Source: Nitrospirota bacterium (GTDB lineage: Bacteria > Nitrospirota > Thermodesulfovibrionia > Thermodesulfovibrionales > UBA9159). From it: 64,000 nucleotides of DNA. The position numbers were made by a program, and so were the translations under genes. The notes under the pieces were generated by a model. It had not been told where the DNA came from. It worked only from the letters and a program-made list of their open reading frames with translations, and did not search any database. The first letter of the stretch is position 1, and the number at the start of each line of letters is the position of its first letter. The DNA is taken from the NCBI GenBank assembly GCA_963699545.1, contig CAVOUE010000010.1, forward strand, positions 1-64,000, read 5' to 3'. Shown here piece by piece: positions 1-9,946 of this stretch.

Positions 1-710
1 GAAGGAATGAAGTTCTGAGATCCCTGCCGGCAACAATACAAAGGTCATGGCTGTCCGCCGCAATTGCTCTCTTTATTCTTCCTGTTCATATAGTCGTTAT
101 CGAGGCAGCTTCCCTATCGCTGGACTTTAATGAGAACGTTGTAAGCGGTACCATCCCGCGGCCTTGGAAGGTCAGGCAAAACACGGGTAGGGCCGATCTC
201 AGCATAGATTCAGAAAACGGTGAACACCTTTTGCATCTCAGATGCAGAGAATCGTCATTTGCCGTTGAGCGGGACATTTCCGTTGATGTCAGCGCGTCCC
301 CCTATATGACCTGGACGTGGAAAGTGTTGAAAGTGCCATTGCGGGGTGATGTCCGTGAGAGGGAACATAATGACCAGGCGCTGCAGCTCCTTGTGGCTTT
401 CGAAAGCAGGAAGGTCCTCAGTTATGTCTGGGATTCCACTGCCCCCGAAGGGACGACCACAGACGAATCCATCGGATGGCCTGTCAACCTGCAGGTCAGA
501 GTCATTGTGGTCAAGTCCGGCACTGCCGATATAGGAGAATGGATAACGCATACGAGAAACATTTATGAAGATTATATCAATACTTTTCATGAAGTCCCCT
601 CACGTCTTAAAGGAGTGCGGATCCAGACCAATACGCAGTATACAAAAGACGTTGCTGAGGGTCTGATTAAGGGTATTGCGTTCGGCAAAGAAGTCTCTGT
701 CGCATTTTGA
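1..710 (+). CDS. DUF3047-like secreted protein, 5' truncated by the window edge
   Basis: Frame is open from position 3 (RNEVLRS...AAIALFILPVHIVVIEAA, signal-like). Family-like motifs: W-x-W-K, D-x-A, SYVWD, VIVVxSG, W-x(4)-RN-x(2)-EDY. Confidence 0.65.
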   Translation, partial: RNEVLRSLPATIQRSWLSAAIALFILPVHIVVIEAASLSLDFNENVVSGTIPRPWKVRQNTGRADLSIDSENGEHLLHLRCRESSFAVERDISVDVSASPYMTWTWKVLKVPLRGDVREREHNDQALQLLVAFESRKVLSYVWDSTAPEGTTTDESIGWPVNLQVRVIVVKSGTADIGEWITHTRNIYEDYINTFHEVPSRLKGVRIQTNTQYTKDVAEGLIKGIAFGKEVSVAF

Positions 711-727
711 ATATGTTTCCGGTGGCC

Positions 728-2012
728 CTACAATAATTTGGCCCCCTGCTCCGCAAGCCGGGACCTTACGCTGCATCTGAGATTAAGGAAACAGAAATTC
801 TCTTCATGAATGAATCTGCTGACCAGATATGAGAGCCCGTTGCTCATTTTGTCCAGATACGGCGTGTCGATCTGATCGAGGTTCTCCCGTAAAGACGATC
901 TTGGTTCCCTCGCCGCACCTCGTTACGATGGTCTTGATATCAAGGGGTCTCAGGTTCTGCGCCTCGTCGATCACAAAATACCGTTTTGGAAGACTCCTCC
1001 CCCTTATGTAGGTAAGAGGTTCCACCTGGAGCAGCCCCGCATCCATAAGATACTGATAGCTCTTCATTCTGGATATATTGGTATTGTCTTTTATGAGGCC
1101 CTTGGGAGTGTTCAAGATGACTTCGAGGTTGTCGAAAATAGGCTGCATCCAGGGCGTCAATTTTTCTTCCACGTCACCGGGCAGGTACCCGATGTCCTTG
1201 CCCATTGCCACAATGGGCCGCGAGACGATCACCTGTTCGTAGAACGAGGTCTTTTTCACTATCTGCGAGGTCTGGTGCAGGCCCGCTGCGAGCGCCAGGA
1301 GGGTCTTGCCGGTGCCGGCATGGCCCGTTAATGCAACCATGTCGATCTCAGGGTCGGTAAGGGCATCCAGGGCGCACTCCTGTTCCGTATTTTGGGGAGA
1401 GATACCCATCCTTTCCTTGGCCCTCTTTACAGGCCTTAGATTGTCCATCCCGGTCAATTTGTATATATGAGGGTCGCTGTGCAGATACCTTACGGAAGTT
1501 ATGCCGTTTGTATTGTCACCGTTTTCGAGGACCCTCCCGTACTTGCAGAAAAGCGAGGTCTTGTCTCCCATATAGTCCTCGACAGTGATGCCCAGGGATT
1601 CCGCCTTTATCCTCACCGCAGTGTCCTTGGAGACGAGGACAACGGGAATGGGATCGGCCGTCGGGTTTGCCGGTTGTTTTTCGGTGATGCTCAACGCCGT
1701 CTTTATGATCTGGTTGTTGTCTCCTCCGTTATTGGAGGGCTTCATGTGCCCATTGCCTGACGGCAGGCTCACCGAGATCGTGCCGCCGGAAGGCATTGCA
1801 AGCCTGGAGGAAAGGGAACCGCCTTCTCTCAGCTCGTCTATTGTCCTGAGCGCCTGTCTTGCCGAAGCCGCAATCTCTCCTCGCCCCTTCTTGTGCCTGT
1901 CCAGTTCCTCTATGACGGCGAAGGGTATCACAATATGATTATCCTCAAACTTAAAAAGCGAAGCCGGGTCGTGGATCAGCACATTGGTATCCAGTACGAA
2001 CGTCTTCTTCAT
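728..2012 (-). CDS. phoH: PIN-PhoH (PhoH2/YlaK-like) ATPase; apparent 1-nt frameshift near 883
   Basis: N-terminal PIN (VLDTNVL), Walker A GHAGTGKT, GYLPG, RGRS, IDEAQN. The C-terminus DQIDTPYLDKMSNGLS...RSRLAE continues in another frame to the stop at 728. Confidence 0.88.
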
Positions 2013-2217
2013 CGGTGTCTCTCCTTTCGCTCTGTCTTTTTGCAAAGACGCAGGCACGTATTCCCGTCGCCACTGAAACAACAGGAAAGTATTTGAGGAA
2101 ATGAGCCGGTGATATCCGAGTCTGCTCTCTGCAGAATAATCGGATTAAAGCGCAAATCGGTTGGCCCTACCCGTTTGCCCGGGATGGCTGCTCTGAGAAT
2201 CGATGCACAATCTCATG

Positions 2218-3170
2218 TCACTCGTGAACGTGCTCTTGCTGATAGACTTCAAGAAATGTCCTTACTCCTTCTCTGCCCATATATCGCTCCAGGACCCTGG
2301 TGTCCGTCCTGGTGAGGTCAACCACCATTAAGCCGTCCAGTGCACTGTTGAAACCAGGATCTACCGAAAAATCTATGAGCCTTCCTCCCAATTTCAAATA
2401 TTGTCTCAGAAGTATCGGTATTCCGATCTTGGCATTCTCTACGTCAGCAATCAGGTCGGAACATCCTCTATGTTTCTGATGACCTTGATGGCGTCCTGAC
2501 TCCCTATCCTCGGCGGTTTCACGCGAAGAGGTCTTTTCGCTCTCACCGACCGGCCAAGCTCTGGAACACAGTGGTTGACTTTGAGGAATGTCACCATCAG
2601 CTGCCGTGAGAACGAATGGTAGTCACCTGTGATACTCACCGGGCCGAAGAGAATCTTGTAGCGGGGGTTTCTGCATACAAATTGACCGATGCCCTTCCAG
2701 AGCAGTAGGAGAGGCGAGTAGCTCCTCTGGTATTCGCGACGTACAAAGGATCTCCCCAACTCCAGCGCGGGGCCCAATTGAGTGAGGAGCACGGTGTCAT
2801 AGTGAAACAAGGTGCTCGTATAGAGTCCCCTCTTCCCGAATCGGTGAACGATCTCGTCCGTCTTCCCAAGACGGTATGCGCCTACAAGTTCCCTTTTTTC
2901 CTTGTTCCAGATAAAAAGGTGCGTATAATACGCATCAAACCGGTCCAAATCCAATGACCTGCCCGTACCTTCGCCTATCTCTCGAAAAGTGGTCTCTCTC
3001 AATCTTCCGATCTCTCCCAGCGCATGATGCAGAAGACTGCCGTGAGCGTGAATGACCGAGTATTCCTCAGTTTCCAGCAGCAGGTGGTCCTTCGGCAGTC
3101 CCGTGATCTCTTCATCCAATGCGCCGACAGATCGAGGCGCTACGACAGGTCTGCGCCTGCCCATTTGCAC
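2218..3170 (-). CDS. GNAT/Acetyltransf_5 N-acyltransferase domain (OlsB-like C-terminal half of an OlsF-type ornithine lipid synthase); frameshift near 2458
   Basis: EIGRLRETTFREIGEG, DLDRFD, VGAYRLG, LELGRSFV, LLWKGIG, FGPVSI. The tail IPILLRQYLKLGG...VDPGFNSALDGL continues in a shifted frame to the stop at 2218. Confidence 0.8.
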
Positions 3171-3206
3171 TTTCTTGAAAAATGGTATGGCGCTGCTCTT
3201 CTTGTT

Positions 3207-4043
3207 TCAGTCCCGGTTCCCAAGCGCATAGGTCCTCAGACGCAGATAGCTTGTCAGTTCTTCATCGTTCCGGAAGGCATTCAGCTTCTGGGGTCCGATG
3301 AGATTTCCTATTTTGGCCCTTATCGTTTTCTTGCCTTTATTGAGCAATTCCCTTGGCAACATCACAGTCCTCATGCGCGGGTGAACAAGGCCAAAGATCT
3401 GGAACAGGACGCTGTTGATACCCTCAAAGAATACAGGGAGCACCGAGGCGCCGGTCTTTCTTATCAGTCCTGCCACGGTACTGCTCCACTGTGGATCCGT
3501 GATCTCTCCGGACTGAATGTGAAAGTGGGACACTTCTCCCGCAGGGAAAACGGCGACAATTCCTCCCTTCCCGAGCCACCGAACCGTTTCCTTGAGAGGT
3601 CGCAAATTTCTCGCAACAGCCCCTCTTCTCTCATAAGGGTCTACAAAGATGATCAAGTCCCGAATATCCGGTATGTGTCCCAGGAGATAATTGGCCATCA
3701 GCTTTACGTCGCTTCGCACGGAGCGGAGGATGCATGCAAGGACAAGACCTTCTGCAACGCCGAAAGGGTGATTGGAAACTGCGACAACCGGGCCGGACGA
3801 GGGAATGCGCGATAGGTCCTGCTCCGAAATGTCATAACGGATATTCAGTGCTTCCAGTGCCTTTTCGAGAAAGTGACGATCATCCCTCTTGCGTAAGACC
3901 TCATCGTAAAGCCGGTTGAGATGCGGGAATGAAAGAACATTCTCAAGGGTGGCTGAGACGACCGGCAACAGGGCTGAGATGAATGGATTTCTTGTGGTAC
4001 TGGTGATCTGAAAAATCCTGTCGGCCTGGCCTTTGTTCACCAT
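3207..4043 (-). CDS. Lysophospholipid/glycerol acyltransferase domain (OlsA-like N-terminal half of an OlsF-type protein)
   Basis: VSNHPFG catalytic His motif, VFPAGEVS. In frame with the downstream GNAT ORF, separated only by TGA at 3207-3209. Confidence 0.82.
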   Translation of the reverse strand: MVNKGQADRIFQITSTTRNPFISALLPVVSATLENVLSFPHLNRLYDEVLRKRDDRHFLEKALEALNIRYDISEQDLSRIPSSGPVVAVSNHPFGVAEGLVLACILRSVRSDVKLMANYLLGHIPDIRDLIIFVDPYERRGAVARNLRPLKETVRWLGKGGIVAVFPAGEVSHFHIQSGEITDPQWSSTVAGLIRKTGASVLPVFFEGINSVLFQIFGLVHPRMRTVMLPRELLNKGKKTIRAKIGNLIGPQKLNAFRNDEELTSYLRLRTYALGNRD

Positions 4044-4103
4044 ATCCAGAATTTCTCCGGACCTTCTCTCCATGCTCCGGCATAGATTATGGTGCACAAA
4101 CTC

Positions 4104-5318
4104 TTATGCAAGTCTTTCCCTGATCGCGTCCACGAACCTGTATCTCCATGACCATATCCCTGTCTCGGGGAATGATGAAAGCACCGAACCCTTTTCGATG
4201 ACATACCGGTTGCCCCTCCAAACAACCGTGTTGCTTATTATGGGAACCAGCCACAGCAACCCTATGAGGATGTCTTTCACAGGCGCAAGGAAATAAAGGA
4301 AAGGATTCAGCTCCGAATCGGTGCGTCTTCCGATATAGTAATCGCCTCCCGTTTTCAGAAGGCAGACAAGGAGTGCAAAGGATATGCTTATCTTCGATGG
4401 CTGCCAGAGAACCGTGGGAAGAGCGGCCATAAATACGCTGTTCCCGACTAATTCCGAGAAGTATTTCAACCCTCCGATCTTCCACCTGAGCTTGCCCCAC
4501 CTGGTATGTCTGTTTATGAATTTCCTGATCCCCCAGTAATGATTCACGTTTCTTATCATATACCTCGACAGGGCCACTCTCTTCCCGGATTCACTCATGC
4601 GCCTGCCTATCATGTAATCTTCCGCCAGTACGTCCCTGAATGCCCTCAGGCCGCCGATGGCGTCGAGATCACTTTTCTTCATCAGCATGGATTTCCCCAC
4701 GACGCAGGGCATTTTCAGACACTTGTCAAGGAAACATACACTTCCCAGGACAAAGGAGTTCATGTGGAGGTTCTCGAAAATGGAGCCGAGCGATCTTGCG
4801 CCTACTCCTTTAATAAGGTTGCTGACGAGGCCGACGCCTGGCTCATTCATCGGTTTTGTTATTGCCTTGAGGTAACCCTGGTCGACCATGACATTGCTAT
4901 CGCTGATGAGGATATGCTGATACTTCGCGATCCGGTATGCGGGAATCAGATTATTGACCTTTGGATTTAAGCCTTCATCGCATCGTTCGACAAGGATCGA
5001 GATATCCCTGTCGGGATATTTTTCTTTAACCTTTCTGGCCACCATGTAGGCAGGGTCGTTGTAGTCCTGGAGAGAGAATATGATCTCGTATTGGGGATAA
5101 TCCTGCGTGCAGAAGCTTTCGAGATTGTCAAACAGATTGTCATCCAGGCCTTTCAGGGGTTTAAGGACCGAGATGGGGGGAAAATGTAGGGGAAGGGCTT
5201 CCCCTTCCCCTGAGTAATGGAGGGGACGAGAAGTATGAGAACGGACCGCGAATATCTGAAATCCGTATCCGACGAGTCCGAGAATTGTTATGCACGCAAA
5301 GATCCAGAATATGGTCAT
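4104..5318 (-). CDS. Ceramide glucosyltransferase-like GT21 (HpnI-like) glycosyltransferase
   Basis: N-terminal TM; KPLKG, NPKVNNL, ISDSN, VGKS, AEDY, RxxRW motifs; C-terminal TMs and VVWRG. Confidence 0.85.
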   Translation of the reverse strand: MTIFWIFACITILGLVGYGFQIFAVRSHTSRPLHYSGEGEALPLHFPPISVLKPLKGLDDNLFDNLESFCTQDYPQYEIIFSLQDYNDPAYMVARKVKEKYPDRDISILVERCDEGLNPKVNNLIPAYRIAKYQHILISDSNVMVDQGYLKAITKPMNEPGVGLVSNLIKGVGARSLGSIFENLHMNSFVLGSVCFLDKCLKMPCVVGKSMLMKKSDLDAIGGLRAFRDVLAEDYMIGRRMSESGKRVALSRYMIRNVNHYWGIRKFINRHTRWGKLRWKIGGLKYFSELVGNSVFMAALPTVLWQPSKISISFALLVCLLKTGGDYYIGRRTDSELNPFLYFLAPVKDILIGLLWLVPIISNTVVWRGNRYVIEKGSVLSSFPETGIWSWRYRFVDAIRERLA

Positions 5319-5328
5319 AGCTTCCCTC

Positions 5329-6018
5329 CTAGTTTCTTAATAGGGTTATCGCAACTCCTCTGTTATGACGTATGCACTGCTTGATCGACTCAATGTTCTT
5401 TTCGCAGTTGAGCAGCGTTTTCCATGAATAAAGGTGTCGCGCTCTATGAAAATCGCTGCTCGCGATGTACGGATATTTCTTAAGGCTTATTACGTTGAAG
5501 ACGTCATCCCTGTTGGCAATTTCCCAGGCATCGATATACCTGGCGTACTTGTCCCTGTTATTCCAGAGGAATAACGTGCTCCTGCTCATATCGGACATGT
5601 TATGGGGATGACAGGCCACGGTCAATGCGTTCTGCTCCTTAGCGGAGAGGAAGATCTTCTCATAACTCCAGCAGGCGGGAACGAATTCCTTTATGTCGAT
5701 AAGGAGCATATGAGCGGATTTCTCTGTGGAGAGATAATTCTTGCTTATCTCCACTCCCGGGATAACGAGCATTCCATATTTGGCCATAGCCCTTTCCGCT
5801 TCTTCTCTCACGCGGGAAATGTACTCATCGAAATTATCTTCTCTTACCGACAGTCTGAACCTGTGGGCGAATTTGCCGATGCTGCTGTCCCCGTTGGCCA
5901 CATGGTCCGTGATCGCGATTACGTCAAAGCCTGCCTGACCGAACAGATCGATGGTCCTTCTTAACTCCACCGAACCGTCAGAGTATTTCGTGTGAATATG
6001 GAAATCACACAGCAGCAT
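5329..6018 (-). CDS. PHP-domain phosphoesterase
   Basis: DFHIHT, AITDH, GVEIS, CHPH, SSDFH metal-ligand motifs. Confidence 0.85.
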   Translation of the reverse strand: MLLCDFHIHTKYSDGSVELRRTIDLFGQAGFDVIAITDHVANGDSSIGKFAHRFRLSVREDNFDEYISRVREEAERAMAKYGMLVIPGVEISKNYLSTEKSAHMLLIDIKEFVPACWSYEKIFLSAKEQNALTVACHPHNMSDMSRSTLFLWNNRDKYARYIDAWEIANRDDVFNVISLKKYPYIASSDFHRARHLYSWKTLLNCEKNIESIKQCIRHNRGVAITLLRN

Positions 6019-6059
6019 AGCTCTCGGTTGCCTGTAGTTGTTCTGTCATGCTACTCACT

Positions 6060-6113
6060 ATGGTAAGAGCTTTGAATTACAGGAGTATGAAGGAAGGGTT
6101 ACATTCTTGTTAA
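6060..6113 (-). promoter_or_regulatory. Pho-box-like promoter of the PHP-GT21-olsF operon
   Basis: Minus-strand hexamers TTAACA, GTAACC, TTCATA, GTAATT at exact 11-bp period, then 9 nt, then -10 TACCAT. Confidence 0.7.
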
Positions 6114-6136
6114 GATTATGGAGGGCAAAAGGTCCG

Positions 6137-7426
6137 CTAAAAAGTTCTGCTTCTTATAAGATAGGAATAGTATGCTGCGGCATTGGTCGGCTTGCGTTCC
6201 AAGGTATTGAAATCGACCTTGTAGAGCCCGAATCTGGCGTCAAGCCCCTGCAGCCATTCATAGTTGTCGATGAGGGACCAGTAGAAATATCCTCTTACAT
6301 CGATGCCGTTCCTGAGACACCGTTCAAGGGTATCGACATGCCTTCTCATGAACCTTATTTTCTTCTGATCGTCCCGGGTCGCAATGCCGTTCTCCGTTAT
6401 GATAAGCGGGACTTTGAGCTTGGATGCATACCTCAGGACCTTTTCGAGCCCGTACGGATGTATCTCCCATCCCATATCGGTGAGTCCGTATCCGTCGATG
6501 TCCCTGTGCCTCATCTCGACCCCCATTTTCTTGAACGGATTAAACCGCATATGCATCCTGGTGTAGTAATTTACCCCGAAGAAGTCCAGCTTGTTCTTTA
6601 TGGGCACAATCAGTTCCATCGCTTTTTGGAACGGAAAGTTGACCCTGAGCGTGCCGGTGAGAAACGCATCAAGGAGCGAGTGATTGTAAAAATATTTTGC
6701 GATCTTTACCAGAATCCTGTCCAGGGGGTTCCATCTGCTCCACGGAGCAAGTGCTGCCATATTGTGGGCCACGCTTACCTTTGCATCCGGGTAGCTCGAG
6801 TGAATCATGTCATAGGCCTCGCTGTGAGCTGTGAGAATGTTTGTCAGGGCCTTCACTCCCAGTGATACGTCTTTAATCGCCGGCGGCGTACATCCCTCAA
6901 AGTATCCCGCGAGGACAAGCACATACGGTTCATTGAAGGTGATCCAGTACCGCACCCCTCTTAACGTTGATGCCATCTTTTCCACAAAGCCCAGGAACTT
7001 CCTGATCGACGTATCTTCGTGCCACGGATACTTCTTAATGAACCAGAGCGGGTGCGTGAAATGATGAAGGGTGACCATGGGTTCGATATTGTCGCTCCTG
7101 AGTATGTCGATAATCTCCTGATAATGCCCAATTGCCTTGTCATCCCACACGTTTTCCCTTGGCTGTATTCTGCTCCATTCAAGAGAGAATCGGTAGGCAT
7201 TGACGCCGAGTTTTTTTAACAGGGCCAGATCCTCCCTGTAGAGCTTATAATGATCGGTAACATCGGGTTTTTCGCTCAGTATGTCATCCCATGACGTCCA
7301 GTCAGCATAGGGGGACCCCTCAAGCTGAAAGGCCGATGTTGCAACACCCCAGAGGAATTTGTCATGTGATGATGGTAAGGGGAGAGGACCAAAGGCAGTC
7401 ACAGGAGCTGAGGCAATGTCATCCAT
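6137..7426 (-). CDS. Glycoside hydrolase family 1 (beta-glucosidase-like)
   Basis: FLWGVATSAFQLEG, YRFSLEWSRI, TFNEP (acid/base), ITENG (nucleophile), WSLIDNYEW. Confidence 0.92.
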   Translation of the reverse strand: MDDIASAPVTAFGPLPLPSSHDKFLWGVATSAFQLEGSPYADWTSWDDILSEKPDVTDHYKLYREDLALLKKLGVNAYRFSLEWSRIQPRENVWDDKAIGHYQEIIDILRSDNIEPMVTLHHFTHPLWFIKKYPWHEDTSIRKFLGFVEKMASTLRGVRYWITFNEPYVLVLAGYFEGCTPPAIKDVSLGVKALTNILTAHSEAYDMIHSSYPDAKVSVAHNMAALAPWSRWNPLDRILVKIAKYFYNHSLLDAFLTGTLRVNFPFQKAMELIVPIKNKLDFFGVNYYTRMHMRFNPFKKMGVEMRHRDIDGYGLTDMGWEIHPYGLEKVLRYASKLKVPLIITENGIATRDDQKKIRFMRRHVDTLERCLRNGIDVRGYFYWSLIDNYEWLQGLDARFGLYKVDFNTLERKPTNAAAYYSYLIRSRTF

Positions 7427-8129
7427 GTGCTTTTCCCCCGTCAAAATAATACCCGATCCCCCTCCTGGTCTTCAGGTATACCGGGTTTGCCGGGTCGTCT
7501 TCAATGCGTGTCCTTATTCTTCGTATGTGGACGTCAACTGTCCTTGGCTCCACAAAGGCATCATCTTTCCAGACAGCATCCAGGAGATGTTCACGGCCAA
7601 AGACCTTTCCCTTTCTCTCCACAAGATATAAAAGAAGCTTGAACTCAGTTGAGCTGAGAGTCAGAGGAACATCCCCTTTTGAAACAGAATATGTTTCTTT
7701 GTTGATCTGCAGGTTTCCTATCTGGATAACCTTGGCGTCTGCAGGCTTTTCAGCGGTCCTTCGCAAGACAGCCTTTACGCGCGCTACGAGTTCTCTTGGG
7801 CTGAAGGGCTTTGTGATGTAATCATCCGCGCCCATCTCAAGACCGAGGACCCTGTCAACCTCTTCGCCTTTAGCGGTGAGCATGATTATCGGCAGATTCT
7901 TTGTTTTTTGATCATTTCTGAAGATCCGGCAGAGTTCCATGCCTGACATGCCGGGAAGCATAAGATCGAGGAGGACGAGGGCAAAACTTTCTTTGCGAAC
8001 TTTATTGAGCGCTTCTTCACCATCTGAAGCTGCCGAAATTGCAAACCCTTCCTTGTTAAGATTATAAGAGATCAGTTCGACAAGGTCTGATTCATCATCA
8101 ACAACGAGGATATTACCGGTATTCATCAT
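7419..8129 (-). CDS. phoB: PhoB/OmpR-family response regulator (copy 2)
   Basis: Receiver (VVDDE, LDLMLP, KPFS) plus winged helix VEPRTVDVHIRR; adjacent to phoR. Confidence 0.85.
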   Translation of the reverse strand: MMNTGNILVVDDESDLVELISYNLNKEGFAISAASDGEEALNKVRKESFALVLLDLMLPGMSGMELCRIFRNDQKTKNLPIIMLTAKGEEVDRVLGLEMGADDYITKPFSPRELVARVKAVLRRTAEKPADAKVIQIGNLQINKETYSVSKGDVPLTLSSTEFKLLLYLVERKGKVFGREHLLDAVWKDDAFVEPRTVDVHIRRIRTRIEDDPANPVYLKTRRGIGYYFDGGKAHG

Positions 8130-8162
8130 GCCTTCTTCATTACCCGCACATGCCGTGAAGAT

Positions 8163-8216
8163 ACTATAGAAGACAACTATTACCGTAATATTACGGGAAT
8201 GTTAAGTTTTTGTTAC
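8163..8216 (-). promoter_or_regulatory. Pho-box-like promoter of phoB2-GH1
   Basis: Minus-strand GTAACA, TTAACA, GTAATA, GTAATA at exact 11-bp period, then 9 nt, then -10 TATAGT. Confidence 0.75.
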
Positions 8217-9946
8217 AGGTAGACCAAAACCTTTGTGCCTTTGCCGTGAGTACTCTCTATTTGCATGGTCCAGCCGTGGGCCTTAACAAGGTGCTTGACG
8301 ATGGCAAGCCCGAGCCCCGTACCCCCCATCTTCCTTGATCGGGCCGGATCGACCCTGTAGAACCTCTCGCCCAACCTCGGCAGGTACTTGACAGGAACTC
8401 CTATCCCGGTATCTTCGACAAACAGGAAGATCTTTTCATCTTCCTGATCAATCCCGAACGTTACACCGCCGGTTTCGGTAAACTTCATCGCATTGTCTAC
8501 AAGGTTGGTGAATATCTGGATGAGACGGTTCCTGTCCGCGTCGATTTCCAAGAGTCCGGGTCTGTTCGAAACCGCCAGAGAAAGGTTCTTTGCGGCAGCC
8601 TTATCGTAAAAGAGAGCAAGGACGGTATTGAAGACATCATCGATGTCGATCATGGTTTTTTCTACTTTGATGACGCCCAGCTCGATCTTCGAGATCGTCA
8701 TGAGGTCGTCGACGAGGCTGTTTATGCGCTCGCTGTTCGCCTTTATTGTCCGGATGAATCCGGCTGCGTTTTCTTTATCATCGAGGGCGCCTTCAAGGAG
8801 CGTGTCGGCAAACCCTTTAATGGCGGTGATCGGGGTCTTTAGTTCATGTGAGACGTTGGCGACAAAGTCCTTTCTGACCTGCTCAAGTTTCTCGATCTGT
8901 GTGATGTCGTGGAAGACAGCCACGAAGCCGGACAGCTCGTTCTCTTTATAGAAGAGCGGCGACACCCTTACGCTCAGATATCTTTCCACGGGCGTTTCTA
9001 TTCTGAATTCCGTCACGCCCGGAGAATGACTCCTTCGCACTTCTTCCATGAGATCAGAGAACTCATGGTTTCTTACCACCTCTACAAACCGCATGCGTGT
9101 CATGGGAATATTCCCGAAGAATTCCTTTGCGGAAGAGCTGGAAAGTGTTATTACTCCTCTGGCGTCGATGATCAGGAGAGCATCAGGCACGTTCTTGAGA
9201 ATGACATTCAGGCGGTTCTTTTCCTCCTCGTTCTGCGCCATCATGCCCTGCAGCTTGACGGACATCGAGGTGAGATTATCAGCGATCTCGCCGAACTCTC
9301 CCGCGTTCTTCAGAAAGAGCCTCTTGTCTATCTCGCCCCTGGATAATGACCTCGAAAAATCCGTTATCTGCCTGAGAAGCCTTCTTAGATGGTCCGTCTG
9401 CCATACTGACAATATCGATGTTATCAGCAAGACGCTCAGCACAACAAGGATGATCCTTATTCTGAGGAGGTTCACCGAATGGTCAACCTCTTTGAGTGGC
9501 ACCGCAAGCCTTATGAACCCTTCCTCCTTTTCATTATGAGATATCCTTTTTGCTACATAGAGAAGATCGTATTTCAGCGTATCGCTGTATCGTTTCGCCA
9601 TACCGACATCAAAAAGGACCGACTGCTCTATCTCGGTCCGGTGCAGATGGTTGTCCATGAGAGCTGAATCGGTATCGGAATCGCCAATGACCTTTCCGTC
9701 ATTGGCAATGATCGTTACCCGTGCACCGGTGTCTTTCCTTAACTGCTTGCAGAGGGTATCTAGTTTGGTTTGACCAAAGGATATGTTCTTTGAGATAAGG
9801 TTTATCTGTACAGAAAGGTTCCGCCTGAGGTTATCGATATGGTTTTCCCTGACTGCCGAGGTGATATACACTTCTCCAAGGAAGCCCGATAGCAGAATCA
9901 CGAGAGCGTACAAAATAAAGATCCGCCTGAAGAGACCCCTTTTCAT
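8213..9946 (-). CDS. phoR: Phosphate regulon sensor histidine kinase (2 TM, HAMP, PAS, HisKA, HATPase)
   Basis: RKDFVANVSHELKTP, ERFYRVDPARSR, GGTGLGLAIVKH; periplasmic MDNHxxRxE motif. Confidence 0.9.
   Translation of the reverse strand: MKRGLFRRIFILYALVILLSGFLGEVYITSAVRENHIDNLRRNLSVQINLISKNISFGQTKLDTLCKQLRKDTGARVTIIANDGKVIGDSDTDSALMDNHLHRTEIEQSVLFDVGMAKRYSDTLKYDLLYVAKRISHNEKEEGFIRLAVPLKEVDHSVNLLRIRIILVVLSVLLITSILSVWQTDHLRRLLRQITDFSRSLSRGEIDKRLFLKNAGEFGEIADNLTSMSVKLQGMMAQNEEEKNRLNVILKNVPDALLIIDARGVITLSSSSAKEFFGNIPMTRMRFVEVVRNHEFSDLMEEVRRSHSPGVTEFRIETPVERYLSVRVSPLFYKENELSGFVAVFHDITQIEKLEQVRKDFVANVSHELKTPITAIKGFADTLLEGALDDKENAAGFIRTIKANSERINSLVDDLMTISKIELGVIKVEKTMIDIDDVFNTVLALFYDKAAAKNLSLAVSNRPGLLEIDADRNRLIQIFTNLVDNAMKFTETGGVTFGIDQEDEKIFLFVEDTGIGVPVKYLPRLGERFYRVDPARSRKMGGTGLGLAIVKHLVKAHGWTMQIESTHGKGTKVLVYL

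Noticed and set aside
3207-3209. Selenocysteine at the olsF-like TGA
   Set aside because: No downstream hairpin and the position is a non-catalytic linker.
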